64,000 nucleotides of DNA from Haliotis rufescens (taxonomy: Eukaryota). The notes beneath the pieces were generated by a model that was given only the letters and a program-made list of their open reading frames with translations, was not told the DNA's origin and made no database searches. Positions within the stretch are counted from its first letter, which is position 1, and each line of letters begins with the position of its first letter. The DNA lies in assembly GCF_023055435.1 (NCBI RefSeq), contig NW_025963835.1, forward strand, positions 15,314,001-15,378,000, read 5' to 3'. The translations under genes were made by a program, and so were the position numbers. Positions 27,301-39,000 of the stretch are shown here, in pieces.

Positions 27301-29073
27301 GGCTTTCCTCCCACGTGAAGCTGACACGCCGTGAAATACTGTCCCCAGCAACACTAAACCCAGCTTGCTGACTCGTTTGTCATCCTGTTGTCTCTGTTGT
27401 AGGTGGCGGAGCGGGAGGGGCGCTACCTGGCCAACTTCCTCAACAAGAAATGTGCCGAGGATGTGGGAGAGTTCAAGTTCACCAGTATGGGGATGCTGGC
27501 ATACATCGGGGACTATCAGGCTCTGTCAGACACACCCAACATCAAAATACAAGGTAAACCAACTTCTTCACCATGGTAACAGCCAATGGGCAGCTATCAC
27601 ACCCAAGTCCATTAATCCAGAGACTGGTTAAATTGTTTTCTCTCACACGCGAGTTATGTTCCATAAACACCAAGTATACAATGTGTTTTGGACCAGTGGG
27701 TGTGGAGTAAATGGTAGGGGTTAAATCCATGTGTATTGTGAGGTCGGACACCTTGTCCACATGACCAAAGAGGTTAACCCCGTCAGCAAGCTGACAAGGT
27801 AAGGATGTCATCTGTGGGATGACTCCATGCCCTGCTACATACTCCCCCGTCAACAGAAGGCACGTCCCGGGTAGGGTACTGAGGCTTATTTTACTCAAAT
27901 TTATTTTGAACGTGCTCAGCCCCATGTTGGGCGCCAATGTAGCGGCCATAAAATTTCAATGTCCCGTGATGGGATTCGAAACCACGGACCTTCTGATCAG
28001 AGGTCGGACGCCTTGTCCACATGACCAAAGAGGTTAATCCCGTCAGCAAGCTGACAAGGTAAGGATGTCATTTGTGGGATGACTCCACGCCCTCCTACAT
28101 AATGAAACATGTTAACAAGGGCCACAGATTCACAGAGCCTATGACATGTCACTTCATCTTTGTAGTGCTGTTTCAAGACTACAACTGCATCTTGTGATTT
28201 CGAGAAAATATACTAAACAAATGAACCAATCTGTGTTTTGTAATCACTTGTAAACTTTGTAATCCACTTGTACATCTGAAATTCATTTTCTGAAAAACAT
28301 TTACTTTCAATGAAAACTAAAAAACTATTGTCACTGTCAGAGTTGGACATATCAGCAAGTTGTGATCAGGATACCACAACAAGGAATTAACTAGATGCAA
28401 TCGATGCTTCACCATTTTATACACAGATCAGTGAATATTTCAGTCTCAAACCGAAATAAATGAAAGTATCAAAACGAGAACGATAAACGCAGTTGAAGAA
28501 ATAGTATGTTTCCCACACTGATTTCTCACTGAAAAGTGATCTCAATTTGTGATGTAAATGTCACGTTTCTATTGTTGAAAGAACGAAAGGTGTATTTCAA
28601 TCCTTTATTCCCACGCATACAAACGAAATTACAGTGTACAAATGATCATTATTTAATTGTGGATAGGCGAATGCCTGCTAGTGTGCAAATGGAGGAGCAG
28701 GCTTGTTATGCCAATCAAGCATGTGAGTTTGGAGGTCATTTTATTGTTTTTGACGTTTTCATGGAATCTTAAAAAAAACCAATGTATCATTTTTTATTTG
28801 ATTTTTATTTCATTTTATTTCATCTATGCCATGACTGGATGACTATAATAATATGAAAGGATCGGGATTGTTTTACTTCTTTTGAGAGTGTATTTCAAAC
28901 TAGTGGTAAGGCTGACAATTGTGAGACTTTGTTTCTTTGCAGGGTTTCCCTCATGGCTGCTGTGGCGCTCGGCCTACCTGACCCGGCTGGGCAGCTGGCG
29001 ACTGAGGATGCAGGTGCCCCTGGACTGGACCAAGACTCTCCTGTTTGGGAGGGACATCTCCAGATTTGACTAG
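15369..29073 (+). CDS. Mitochondrial type II (alternative, rotenone-insensitive) NADH:ubiquinone oxidoreductase, 8 coding exons, about 446 aa
   Basis: Exons 15369-15619, 16802-17027, 18207-18377, 18911-19070, 20855-20985, 26371-26490, 27403-27553 and 28943-29073 join in frame (1341 nt). Motifs [63 protein letters not shown]. Arg-rich N-terminus resembling a presequence. Confidence 0.92.
16412..16768. mobile_element. Tc1/pogo-type MITE with TA TSD
   Basis: TA|CCGTATTCGACGTAAT ... ATTACGTCGAATACAG|TA. Second copy at about 36737-36988. Confidence 0.75.
19403..20853 (+). repeat. 18/20-bp minisatellite (CTGACACTGCTGGTATGT[CC]) ending at the NDH-2 exon 5 acceptor
   Basis: About 75-80 units; the last unit reads ...GTCTGACAG|AGGTGAAG. 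Confidence 0.95.
21215..26188. repeat. 45-bp minisatellite (about 110 units) with a 2109-bp higher-order duplication
   Basis: Unit GGAAATGTAATGGTTGTGTATTGGGTGGCTGTCTTTGTTTCACAT, with 44-bp variants. The variant block at 22274 recurs at 24383. Confidence 0.95.
27740..28099 (-). mobile_element. Miniature non-autonomous LTR retrotransposon (TRIM) with a tRNA-like sequence inside the LTR
   Basis: 5' LTR 28099-27938 (TGTAG...CTACA, 162 bp). PBS TGGCGCCCAACATGGGGC at 27936-27919. PPT-like GACGGGGGAGTA at 27851-27840. Truncated 3' LTR at 27839-27740. Confidence 0.8.
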
Positions 29074-32000
29074 ATCAGACAGTGTGCCTTAGCAGTAGGA
29101 TCAATCAGTGCAATTATTTGGTGATCAGCACCCGTCCATGAGATCGCTCCTGATTATAATTAGAACTTGTTGGAAGTATCTCATTGTGACTCTGCCATGA
29201 CATTGAAGAATGCTTGATTCTGATTGGTTATTAAGATGTATTCTTTTTACTACTGAAACCTCTTTCAAATTAAGCCTTTTTACACAAAAACTGTGTATGA
29301 ATACATTCAATAGCCTATATATCGATCCATAAAAAATGGCTGCCAATGATCCATCTGAACTGTATAACGTATCCACTATTAGACGCCATGTCTACATGAT
29401 ACACACATGCCTGTAATAGATGACAGGTCAACAACTCTCACAAAATTAATAGACAACCGTGTATCTAGTACGTGTAGAGGAAATACAGTACGGTTGATAT
29501 TGGATATTTTTGGTGGCGGTTTTGACGTCCTAGGCCGTAACTCTCTGACCCACTTACACTCCTGATTTTGATTAGAACCTTGTATCTCATTGTGAACTGT
29601 GACTTGAAGAGCCTTACCACACTGGAAAGTCCCACAAAGTTACTTCTGTGGCGAGTGTTTAAATGGAGTCCAGGCTGAGACTGGTCCTTCAGCATGATAC
29701 AGATGTTTGTACAGCTGCCCGGACCTGTAACAGCTTCACCAGCTTCTCTTTCACAGGTCTTTCAGGAATTTATTTAGAGGCCGACATTCTATAGGCTGTA
29801 GCCTGTTGCAGTAAAGTCCCAAAGTAGACTTCATGTTAGTATACTTTTTGTAGTGAAGACTTAGCTCACGCTTTCATAAAAATATCCCCCTAAATACTCA
29901 TGATTCCTAACTTGTTTTGGTTCAGTAGAGTTATGTTTCTGTTTTATTCCTTTGTTCCAAAACAGGACAAGTATTAAAAGAGGAAGAAGCTTTGATGCTT
30001 ACTTTTACACTATTGTATTGAATGTGATGTAAAATACATGTGATACCTCTGAATGTGAGAAAAAAACAAACCTTTTGAACCAAAGAAAATTACTTTTGGC
30101 CTGCCTAGAATATTGGGATTTGGGATCCTAGATCAAACTCACTCACATTACATGAGGATTATCCATGTCGATTATCTTCAGACAAGCATCCTATATTTTG
30201 TCTTAAAGTATTTTGTTCCATTGTCCCTGTGAAGATCATTTATTGATCATCTGTATGAAACACCACAAAACACGCAGATGTCAGCCTTGAATAATGTAGC
30301 AGTTGTGCAATACGTTTTATTCATTATCATGATTTTGTTTGTGTGAAAGATTTGTCCTACAAGCTCATCCAGAGTCGAGTTGCTGCTCTTATTTGTGGAA
30401 TGTCAAAAAGTTTCTCTCAGCCATTAGAGGTGTTTACATTGTGAGTCATTGTTTCAATCATGAATGTTAACAATCTACCCTGATGATATTCCCTCTGTGT
30501 GATGATCTGTCAACCCCTCCATAGGAGGCTGCGCCCAGTGTACTTTCTTACCCATCTTCGAAGATCCGGTTAGAATAGATCTTAAGCAAGCCATGCTTGT
30601 CGTGAGAGGCGGATGGTCAGGCCTGCTGACTTGGTTGATCATGTCATCATATCCCAATTGCGTGGATCGATGTTCATATCAGTCACTGAATTGTCTGATC
30701 CAGATTCGATTTTTTAGTGCAGCACTAAACAAACCACACAAAACTTTCTTACCACATATGGGTGAGCGAAGCATTCAGTGTAGCACATTTGATTCTTGTG
30801 TCTTGAAAATGAACTTGATTGATCAGTTCGAAATATAAATGATAAAGGCTGGGCCATTATACATGATTTGGATTGGATTTAATTGGATTGAATTCACTCC
30901 GGTTTAACCCAATGCAACCTTCTATGGAGGTGTTAGATCTTCAGGCAGAGAGGTATCATATCAGTATACATCCGACCTTGGAGCACCTTGTGGGCTGTGG
31001 TCAGGGTGGGCCTTTGACCTGTGGCCAGGGAGAAGGATAACCTGGCACAACACAGGACCATTTGCAGGGACCGGGAGTCAACGGGTGAACCAAGTTCTGT
31101 CAGCATATGATGTGACGTGTACATCTCGGTCACTGATCTAAAGCAGAGATAGACGTGTTAGTCTGAGACAGTGAAACTCCAGAGGGACTAGTTATTTTCT
31201 CAAAAACCGATACCAGTCCAAAAAGATCTGTGGTCTAGCTAGATTTGACAAATGGTGTCAACCACTGTAAAGCTGACCAGTGCAGTGACCATATGATTTA
31301 GTTTTAATAATTTGAGAATATATTTGTATAATATTTAAATGAGAATCATATCTCAGGTTATCCTAATTGGCATATTTATCTATTTACATAGAGTATGTTA
31401 ATTTCGTAATTGTTTACCTCATATACAAAAATAAAATATTTATCTTATTCTTCTTTGTGGAGTTTTTTTATGATGAAGGGCCTCGAGCATGACCGGTTCC
31501 CAGTATCCCCAACTCTTTCTTCTCATTAGATTGGTGGGGTGGGGTAGCCTAGTGGCTACTACAGTTATAGCTCGTCACACCGAAGGCACAGGTTCGATTC
31601 CCTGCACGGGTAGAACTTGTGAAGCCCATTTCTGGTGCCGTGATACTGTAAATCGTGAAATTAATGAGTCTCCAAAAGAATGCGACCGCTGGCCCCTAGC
31701 CAAAAATGAGATTCAGTATGAATGCAACACCCCCCTCCCCTCAAGCATCAGCAGATTTATATCTGAAGATAATCTCCTCTCCTCCGTCAGGTTTACAGGA
31801 GAATCCTCAACTTAATCCAACCTTATATTAATCCACAGCTTCTCAAGTCATGGGTCCTGATGGCAGCCCGTCATTATTGTTTTATATTTCAAACACTGAT
31901 TACAGGACAAACTGGTCCATGAAAGCAGTAAATATTGATACCATAAGTTTGGTCAGATTCCAGTTTACACCGATTCTACCACACAGAGAGAGAGGATGTG

Positions 32001-33074
32001 TGTCAACTTTGTGGTTCTCATTTGTAATTAATATTTGTGACTTCAAGGACGACGAGTGAGTGAGTGAGTTGGTTTTAACACATACCTTTTTACAGTAATC
32101 CCGTTATATCACGGCGTGTCAGCTTAATGTGGGAGGAAAGCACTTTGGTGAAACCCCTGACCACATGTATGGTGCTGACAAACCTAGAAATATATCCAAG
32201 CGAACCGGGATTCAAACCACAATCATAGGTTCCTAATGTTCCCAAGAGACGCAACTCTGCATAGCGAATTGCTGCGCCTTTGACGACTGGGCCACCCAGG
32301 CCCCACAAGAACGAAGGAGGATCCAAGATGTATATTGTATCATTTATTTCATGTATGTACAGTAATGAGTAACATAAATAGTTAATGCAGGCTCACAGTG
32401 ACCTAAACAGACTAAGGGAGTTTTCATCTTGACCCAGATTTGTAATCCAAGTTTTTCTTAAACAACAACAATCAATAAGCTTACTGTGATAATTCCCTCC
32501 CTCTGGAATGTTGATTTACTAGACATTGTGATTAACTATGGCTGTGACAACTGGCAGAACATCCACTGATCAGGATGTTCCACATTGCAAGTATCTAGCA
32601 AATAATATGTCTGTCAAAACTCAGGCCTTTTTTAGGGGAGCCAAGTTGTTCCTCAAAATTATCAATTATTTGTCATTTTGGAGTTTTGGATGTGATTAAT
32701 GCACATCGCATAATGTGTACCCATTGGTGTATTGAAAATAGTGCAAGCCGAATTTACGTTGTCAAGAATTTCAGATTGCAAAAGCATACTGTGTTATCAT
32801 ATTCCTGAATCAGATTCATTTTTAAGCGCAAGTTGCAACTCCATGTGAAATTTCGGTCACCTGATTTGATGTTTGTTTGGTACTTGGGGCTTGAGATTGA
32901 CAAATTGAACATAAAAGATTAACACCACTTGTAAACACAGGCTGCTAAGCAGTAGTTCATGGTTGTTGACATTCAGATCTATGTCATCACGGACTCCGTG
33001 GCCGACAACAACCACACAGACGTCGGTCTCCTGCACCCCTCCGTGACACCACCACAGCCCGTGGCGGGGTCCGC

Positions 33075-36000
33075 TTAGTTGTGAAGGATGACATCGTAGG
33101 ACTGCTGTACGCCGCTGTAGATGTCTGTGGCTCGGCACTTGAGTGACAGCTGCAAGTACAGGTACAGTCAGGTTAGATCAACAGAAACAAGCAGGGAGAC
33201 ATTCAAAAATGTTCCATTTCCCAAAACATGCTAAAGAATGCTTTAGTTTGTTTGGTGTTTAATGCTGCATTCAGTAATATTCCAGCTATGAGAAGGCTGC
33301 CTGTAAATAATCAAGCCTGGACAAGACAATCCAGTGATTGTTCTTCTGAGGAACGATCCACGCTGCTTGGGTACAATGACACACAATCAACCAAGTCACC
33401 GAGCCTGACCACCCGATCTATTTGGTCGCCTCTTACTCCCAGTGTAGCTTGCTAGGGCCCTATTCTAACACACTTCTAAGACACAGAGGTTAACATGTAA
33501 CAATATTGCAGCTTTACATAGGATTTTTGAAAACCTCATAAGGGAATTTCAGATGAATTTGTTTAATTTTGTTCAAGAATCAACTATCGAACAATTAGCA
33601 GCCTAATAACAGGAGAAAAAAGGATGGCCTGTCAACTATTAATTGGTCAACTGGTCAAGAAATGGTTCACCAGTACAGAAACTTCAGTTAAGACTCATTG
33701 CCAATGGTTTAGATGAGCAATAATATATACTACTCAAAAAAGGTTAAGAACCACTTAATCTTTTTTCATATTACTGAAGTTAATCTGTCCTGCCTTACTT
33801 TTTATGAGCAGTATAAATAAGGATGTGTAGAACTGTGACCAACTTACAAACAACACACGTGTACTGACCGTGAATGAAGGGTTGCAGGGTTGAATCTTGA
33901 GTTCAGCCAGCACCTTGATGCCGTTGGTGAGTTTGAGAGACTGATACAGCATGTCCTGTCCCTCCACGTTCCGCTTTGCGATGGTGAAGATGTTGCTGTT
34001 CCTCAGCTTCTGGGACACTGTGTCTGAACATGGACATACAGAGCGTCAATACATCCGTGTGGGAGCAGGTCGTCTTCATTAGCTACTCTTAAAATGCACA
34101 TTCATAGTGACCTGCCTGTGTTGTGCTGCACATTATTGATAATTACCTCTTATGCAGCACATTATTGGTAGTGACCTACTTATGTTGTGCTGTACATTAT
34201 GGATAGTTGCCTGCATTGTGCTGCACATTATGGCTAGTGACCTACCTGTGTTGTGCAGCACTTTATTGATGGTGACCTACCTGCGGTGTGCTGCACATTA
34301 TTGATAGTGACCTGCCTGCGTTGTGCTGCACATTATTGATAGTGACCTGCCTGCGTTGTGCTGCACATTATTGATAGTGACCTACCTGCGTTGTGCTGCA
34401 CATTATTGATAGTGACCTACCTGCGTTGTGCTGCACATTATTGATGGTGACCTGCCTGCGTTGTGCTGCACATTATTGATGGTGACCTACCTGCGTTGTG
34501 CTGCACATTATTGATGGTGACCTACCTGCGTTGTGCTGCACATTATTGATGGTGACCTACCTGCGTTGTGCTGCACATTATTGATGGTGACCTACCTGCG
34601 TTGTGCTGCACATTATTGATAGTGACCTACCTGCGTTGTGCTGCACATTATTGATAGTGACCTACCTCAGTTGTGCTGCACATGATTGATAGTGACCTAC
34701 CCCTGTTGTGCTGCACATTATTGATGGTGACCTACCTGTGTTGTGCTGCACATTATTGATTGTGACCTACCTGTGTTGTGCTGCACATTATTGATGGTGA
34801 CCTACCTGTGTTGTGCTGCACATTATTGGTGACCTACCCCCGTTGTGCTGCACATTATTGATGGTGACCTACCTCCCTTGTGCTGCACATTATTGATAGT
34901 GACCTACCTGCGTTGTGCTGCACATTATTGATAGTGACCTACCTCAGTTGTGCTGCACATTATTGATGGTGAACTACCTGCGTTGTGCTGCACATTATTG
35001 ACAGTGACCTACCTGCGTTGTGCTGCACATTATTGATGGTGTACTGGACCTCGTTGGTGGACGGTATCTCCTTCCAGGTGGCAAGAAACTCCTTCTTGTC
35101 CATCTCCCCATCCTCCACAAACAACACATGCAGAGGCACAACACTGCTGAAGTAAAACACGCTGATGTTGTTCTTAATGGCAACCTGCAACAACAAAACA
35201 ACATTCCATTACTGGCAGTTTTCAATCCATTTGATCATCTAACCAGATCATGTTTGCCCTTTCACTGTAAATAATTGTTTTCAACAGGACAAAATTTACC
35301 AAATTCTTATACCAGACAAGCATATAAAGTTTAAGAACTTTAAGCACAAGTCATCTGAACATGTTGTCCTTTATTCTATGCAAGTAATTCTGCAGTAAAT
35401 GAAATAAATAACCGTGGTGCTTTACCATAGCCTTACAACCCCAAACATATTCCCATTTTAACATAGGAAAAGGGCAGCAGTGATTCTGATGAATGATTTG
35501 GTTAGCCACTTTCAACAGTATTTCAGTTATCATGGCGGGAAGAGATCCTTAAGTGATGCAGGTTCTAGACGTTTACACTTTAGTGAAACTAACCAGCATA
35601 GTTATGGTGCAGACACACCAAGACACACAATCAGGGCTAACAGGATTCGAACCCATGACCATAGATCTCTCTCACGCCCAAGGGAACCTAATCTCACAGA
35701 GACTTGCAGCGCTTTAGAAGACTGGGCCACTTGTGGCCCCTGTTGTGGTCTTGATACTTTGTGACAGTTCAGCTTGTTGCCTGAGTGTTTGTTTGTTTGT
35801 TTATTTATTGTTCAACGACGCACTCAGCAATATTCCAGCTATATGACGACGGTCTGTAAATAATCAAGTCTGGACCAAACAATCCAGTGATGGACATCAT
35901 GAGCATCGATTAACGCAATTGGGATACGATGACATGCATCAACCAAGTCAGCGAGCCTGACAACCCGATCCCGTTCGTTGCCTCTTACGACAGGCATAGT

Positions 36001-39000
36001 CGCCATTTACAGCAAGCATGGGTTGCTGAAGACCTATTCTACCCCGGATCTTCACGGGTCTGTTGCCTGAGTGAGTCTAGCAAGTTGTCCCTGTACTCAC
36101 CTGTAGATTCATGAGGGGGTCCATCTTCTGCACGGCGCCAGCAGTACTAAGCGGCAGGGAGGTGCTCGCTGTACTGTTGGGGGGAAGGGGGCTTTGGATC
36201 TGAAGTGGCTGGGATTGCATCAGACCAAAACTACAAACAGAAGAGTGAGTTGTGTTTCATACCACTTTGAACAGTATTCCAGTTATATCACATCATGTCA
36301 GATTGATGTGGGAGGAAAGCCCGAAGTGATGCAGATGTTAGATGTTTATCACTTAGGTGAACCCCTCAAGCATGGGTATGGTGCTGACAAACCAAGAAAC
36401 CAAGAAACGGGGCAAACCAGGATTCAAACCTACAATCATAGGATTCTGGAATGCCCAAGAGACAACTCTGCACAGCGAATTCCGGGCCTTAGATGACTGG
36501 GCCACAATCAGATGGACATGCATTACACGATTGGAGGTGGTTACAGATGATTTCATCAACACAATCGGAGAATCACACCAGATTTTGTGACAATAATTTG
36601 TCTAAAGTAATATACCACTGCAAGTACTGGGTAGTATTAGGTCGCAAACTGTTTGTGTTTAAACGCCACACTCAGCAGTATTCTAGCTATATAACAGTGG
36701 CTTGAAAATAATTGAGTCTGGACCAGACAATATATACTGTATTCAACATAATAAGTGCCCCGCTCTAATAAGCGCCCACAGCGATATTTGCTAATATATT
36801 GGTGAGTGAACAATCCCATTTAGCACCCTTTCTGATTGATCAATGTACGCACGATTTATTTATTCGTGTATCGCTGTCAGCATAAGCTATTAAATTTACA
36901 GTCTTTCAACTCAAAATAATATTCTAATAAGAGCCCCCTATTTCTAATTTTGAGAGCGCCCTGGCCCCTTATTACGTTGAATATGGTAATTATGGTTTGG
37001 ACTGAGAAATTGTGTGCCAAAAAAATCACTTAGTTGCTTGGTGCAGTGATTGATGACATTTTGGTATGATGACGCAGTGAACCAACTCACCGAGTCTGAC
37101 CACGTGATTCATTATGTTGCCTCTAACGACCTGCATGGGTTGATGACGACCAACTGTAAACGGAATCCCCAGTGGATCTACACAAACTAATATTTATTTC
37201 TCAGAGTGTTTCCAAGTTCTCACCTATTTTTGTTGAACTGTACTGCAAAGTCTGCCATGGCCTGCATGGCTTTGTTGGTGAATGTGAGCTCCATGTATAT
37301 CTGCCCGGAGCGTCTGGCGTATGTACCTGTAATCTCCATCCCCTTCCCCTTGGCCGCAGTTAACCACACCTGTAGCACAACACATGGTATCATACAACTT
37401 AGCACAACACACAGCGTCATACAACTTAGCACAACACATGGCATCATACACCTTTAGCACAACACATGGCATCATACACCTGTAGCACAACACATGGCAT
37501 CATACACCTGTAGCACAACACATGGCATCATACACCTGTAGCACAACACACGGCGTCACACACCTGTAGCACAACACATGGCATCACACACCTGTAGCAC
37601 AACACATGGCATCACACACCTGTAGCACAACACATGGCATCACACACCTGTAGCACAACACATGGCATCATACACCTGTAGCACAACACACGGCGTCACA
37701 CACCTGTAGCACAACACATGGCATCACACACCTGTAGCACAACACATGGCGTCACACACCTGTAGCACAACACATGGCATCACACACCTGTAGCACAACA
37801 CATGGCATAATACAACTTACGCAACACACAGCGTCACACACCTGTAGCACAACACATGGCATCATACACCTGTAGGACAACGCATGGCATCATACACCTG
37901 TAGGACAACACATGGCATCATACAACTTAGCACAACACATGGCATCATACACCTTTAGCACAACACATGGCATCATACACCTGTAGCACAACACATGGCA
38001 TCATACACCAGTAGCACAACACAGGGCGTCATACACCAGTAGCACAACACACTGCATCATACACCTGTAGCACAACACACTGCATCATACACCTGTAGCA
38101 CAACGCATGGCATCATACACCTGTAGCACAACACATGGCATCATACACCTGTAGCACAACACATGGCGTCATACACCTGTAGCACAACACACTGCATCAT
38201 ACACCTGTAGCACAACACATGGCATCATACACCTGTAGGACAACACATGGCATCATACACCTGTAGCACAACACATGGCATCATACACCTGTAGCACAAC
38301 ACATGGCATCATACACCTGTAGCACAACACACTGCATCATACACCTGTAGCACAACACATGGCATCATACACCTGTAGCACAACACATGGCATCATACAC
38401 CTGTAGCACAACACATGGCATCATACACCTGTAGCACAACACATGGCATCATACACCTGTAGCACAACACATGGCATCATACACCTGTAGCACAACACAT
38501 GTCATCATACCCCTGTAGCACAACACATGGCATCATATACACCACAAACACAGCATGTTGCATCTTATCCTAACTCCATGTCAGAATGATGAAAGCTGAT
38601 TGATTCATGTGATCTTAATAAAATATTAGATACATTTCTCGGGGGAGAATAAATCCCATATACCCTGCTAAGAAGAAAACAGGCTGCACATGGATTTCTG
38701 TGACACTAAATATCTTCCACCATGCTACAAAGCAAAAGGCTGCACGTTTACGAGTCAATGAAAGTCATGTGACACAGTACAAGTTAACCTCAGCTCAATC
38801 GAACAGCTGTATTCTATCAATTAATTAATTCTTTTACAATGGCAAATTGAAACATGTCGACAAGATAAATTTGTTGCGACAGTATCACGAGGGGAATATG
38901 TGGTTTTATTCAGACAATACTTACCTCTTGTGGTGGAACATAGCACTGTGACTGAGCTGAACCAAATATATCTCCTAGACCTCCTAATGCATCTCCACCT

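Noticed and set aside
27960-28035. Functional tRNA-Arg gene (likewise the tRNA-like heads at about 3530-3635 and 4374-4440)
   Set aside because: The cloverleaf stems are incomplete and the sequences are embedded in mobile elements.
15369-29073. NDH-2 as bacterial or fungal contamination, or recent horizontal transfer
   Set aside because: Seven canonical introns contain host SINEs and the gene is contiguous with metazoan genes; ancient transfer cannot be judged without a phylogeny.
34105-38540. Clusters of CAGGTAG/CAGGTG as Zelda or Snail/ZEB enhancer sites
   Set aside because: Fully explained as duplicated splice junctions; Zelda is an arthropod factor and nothing here indicates enhancer function.
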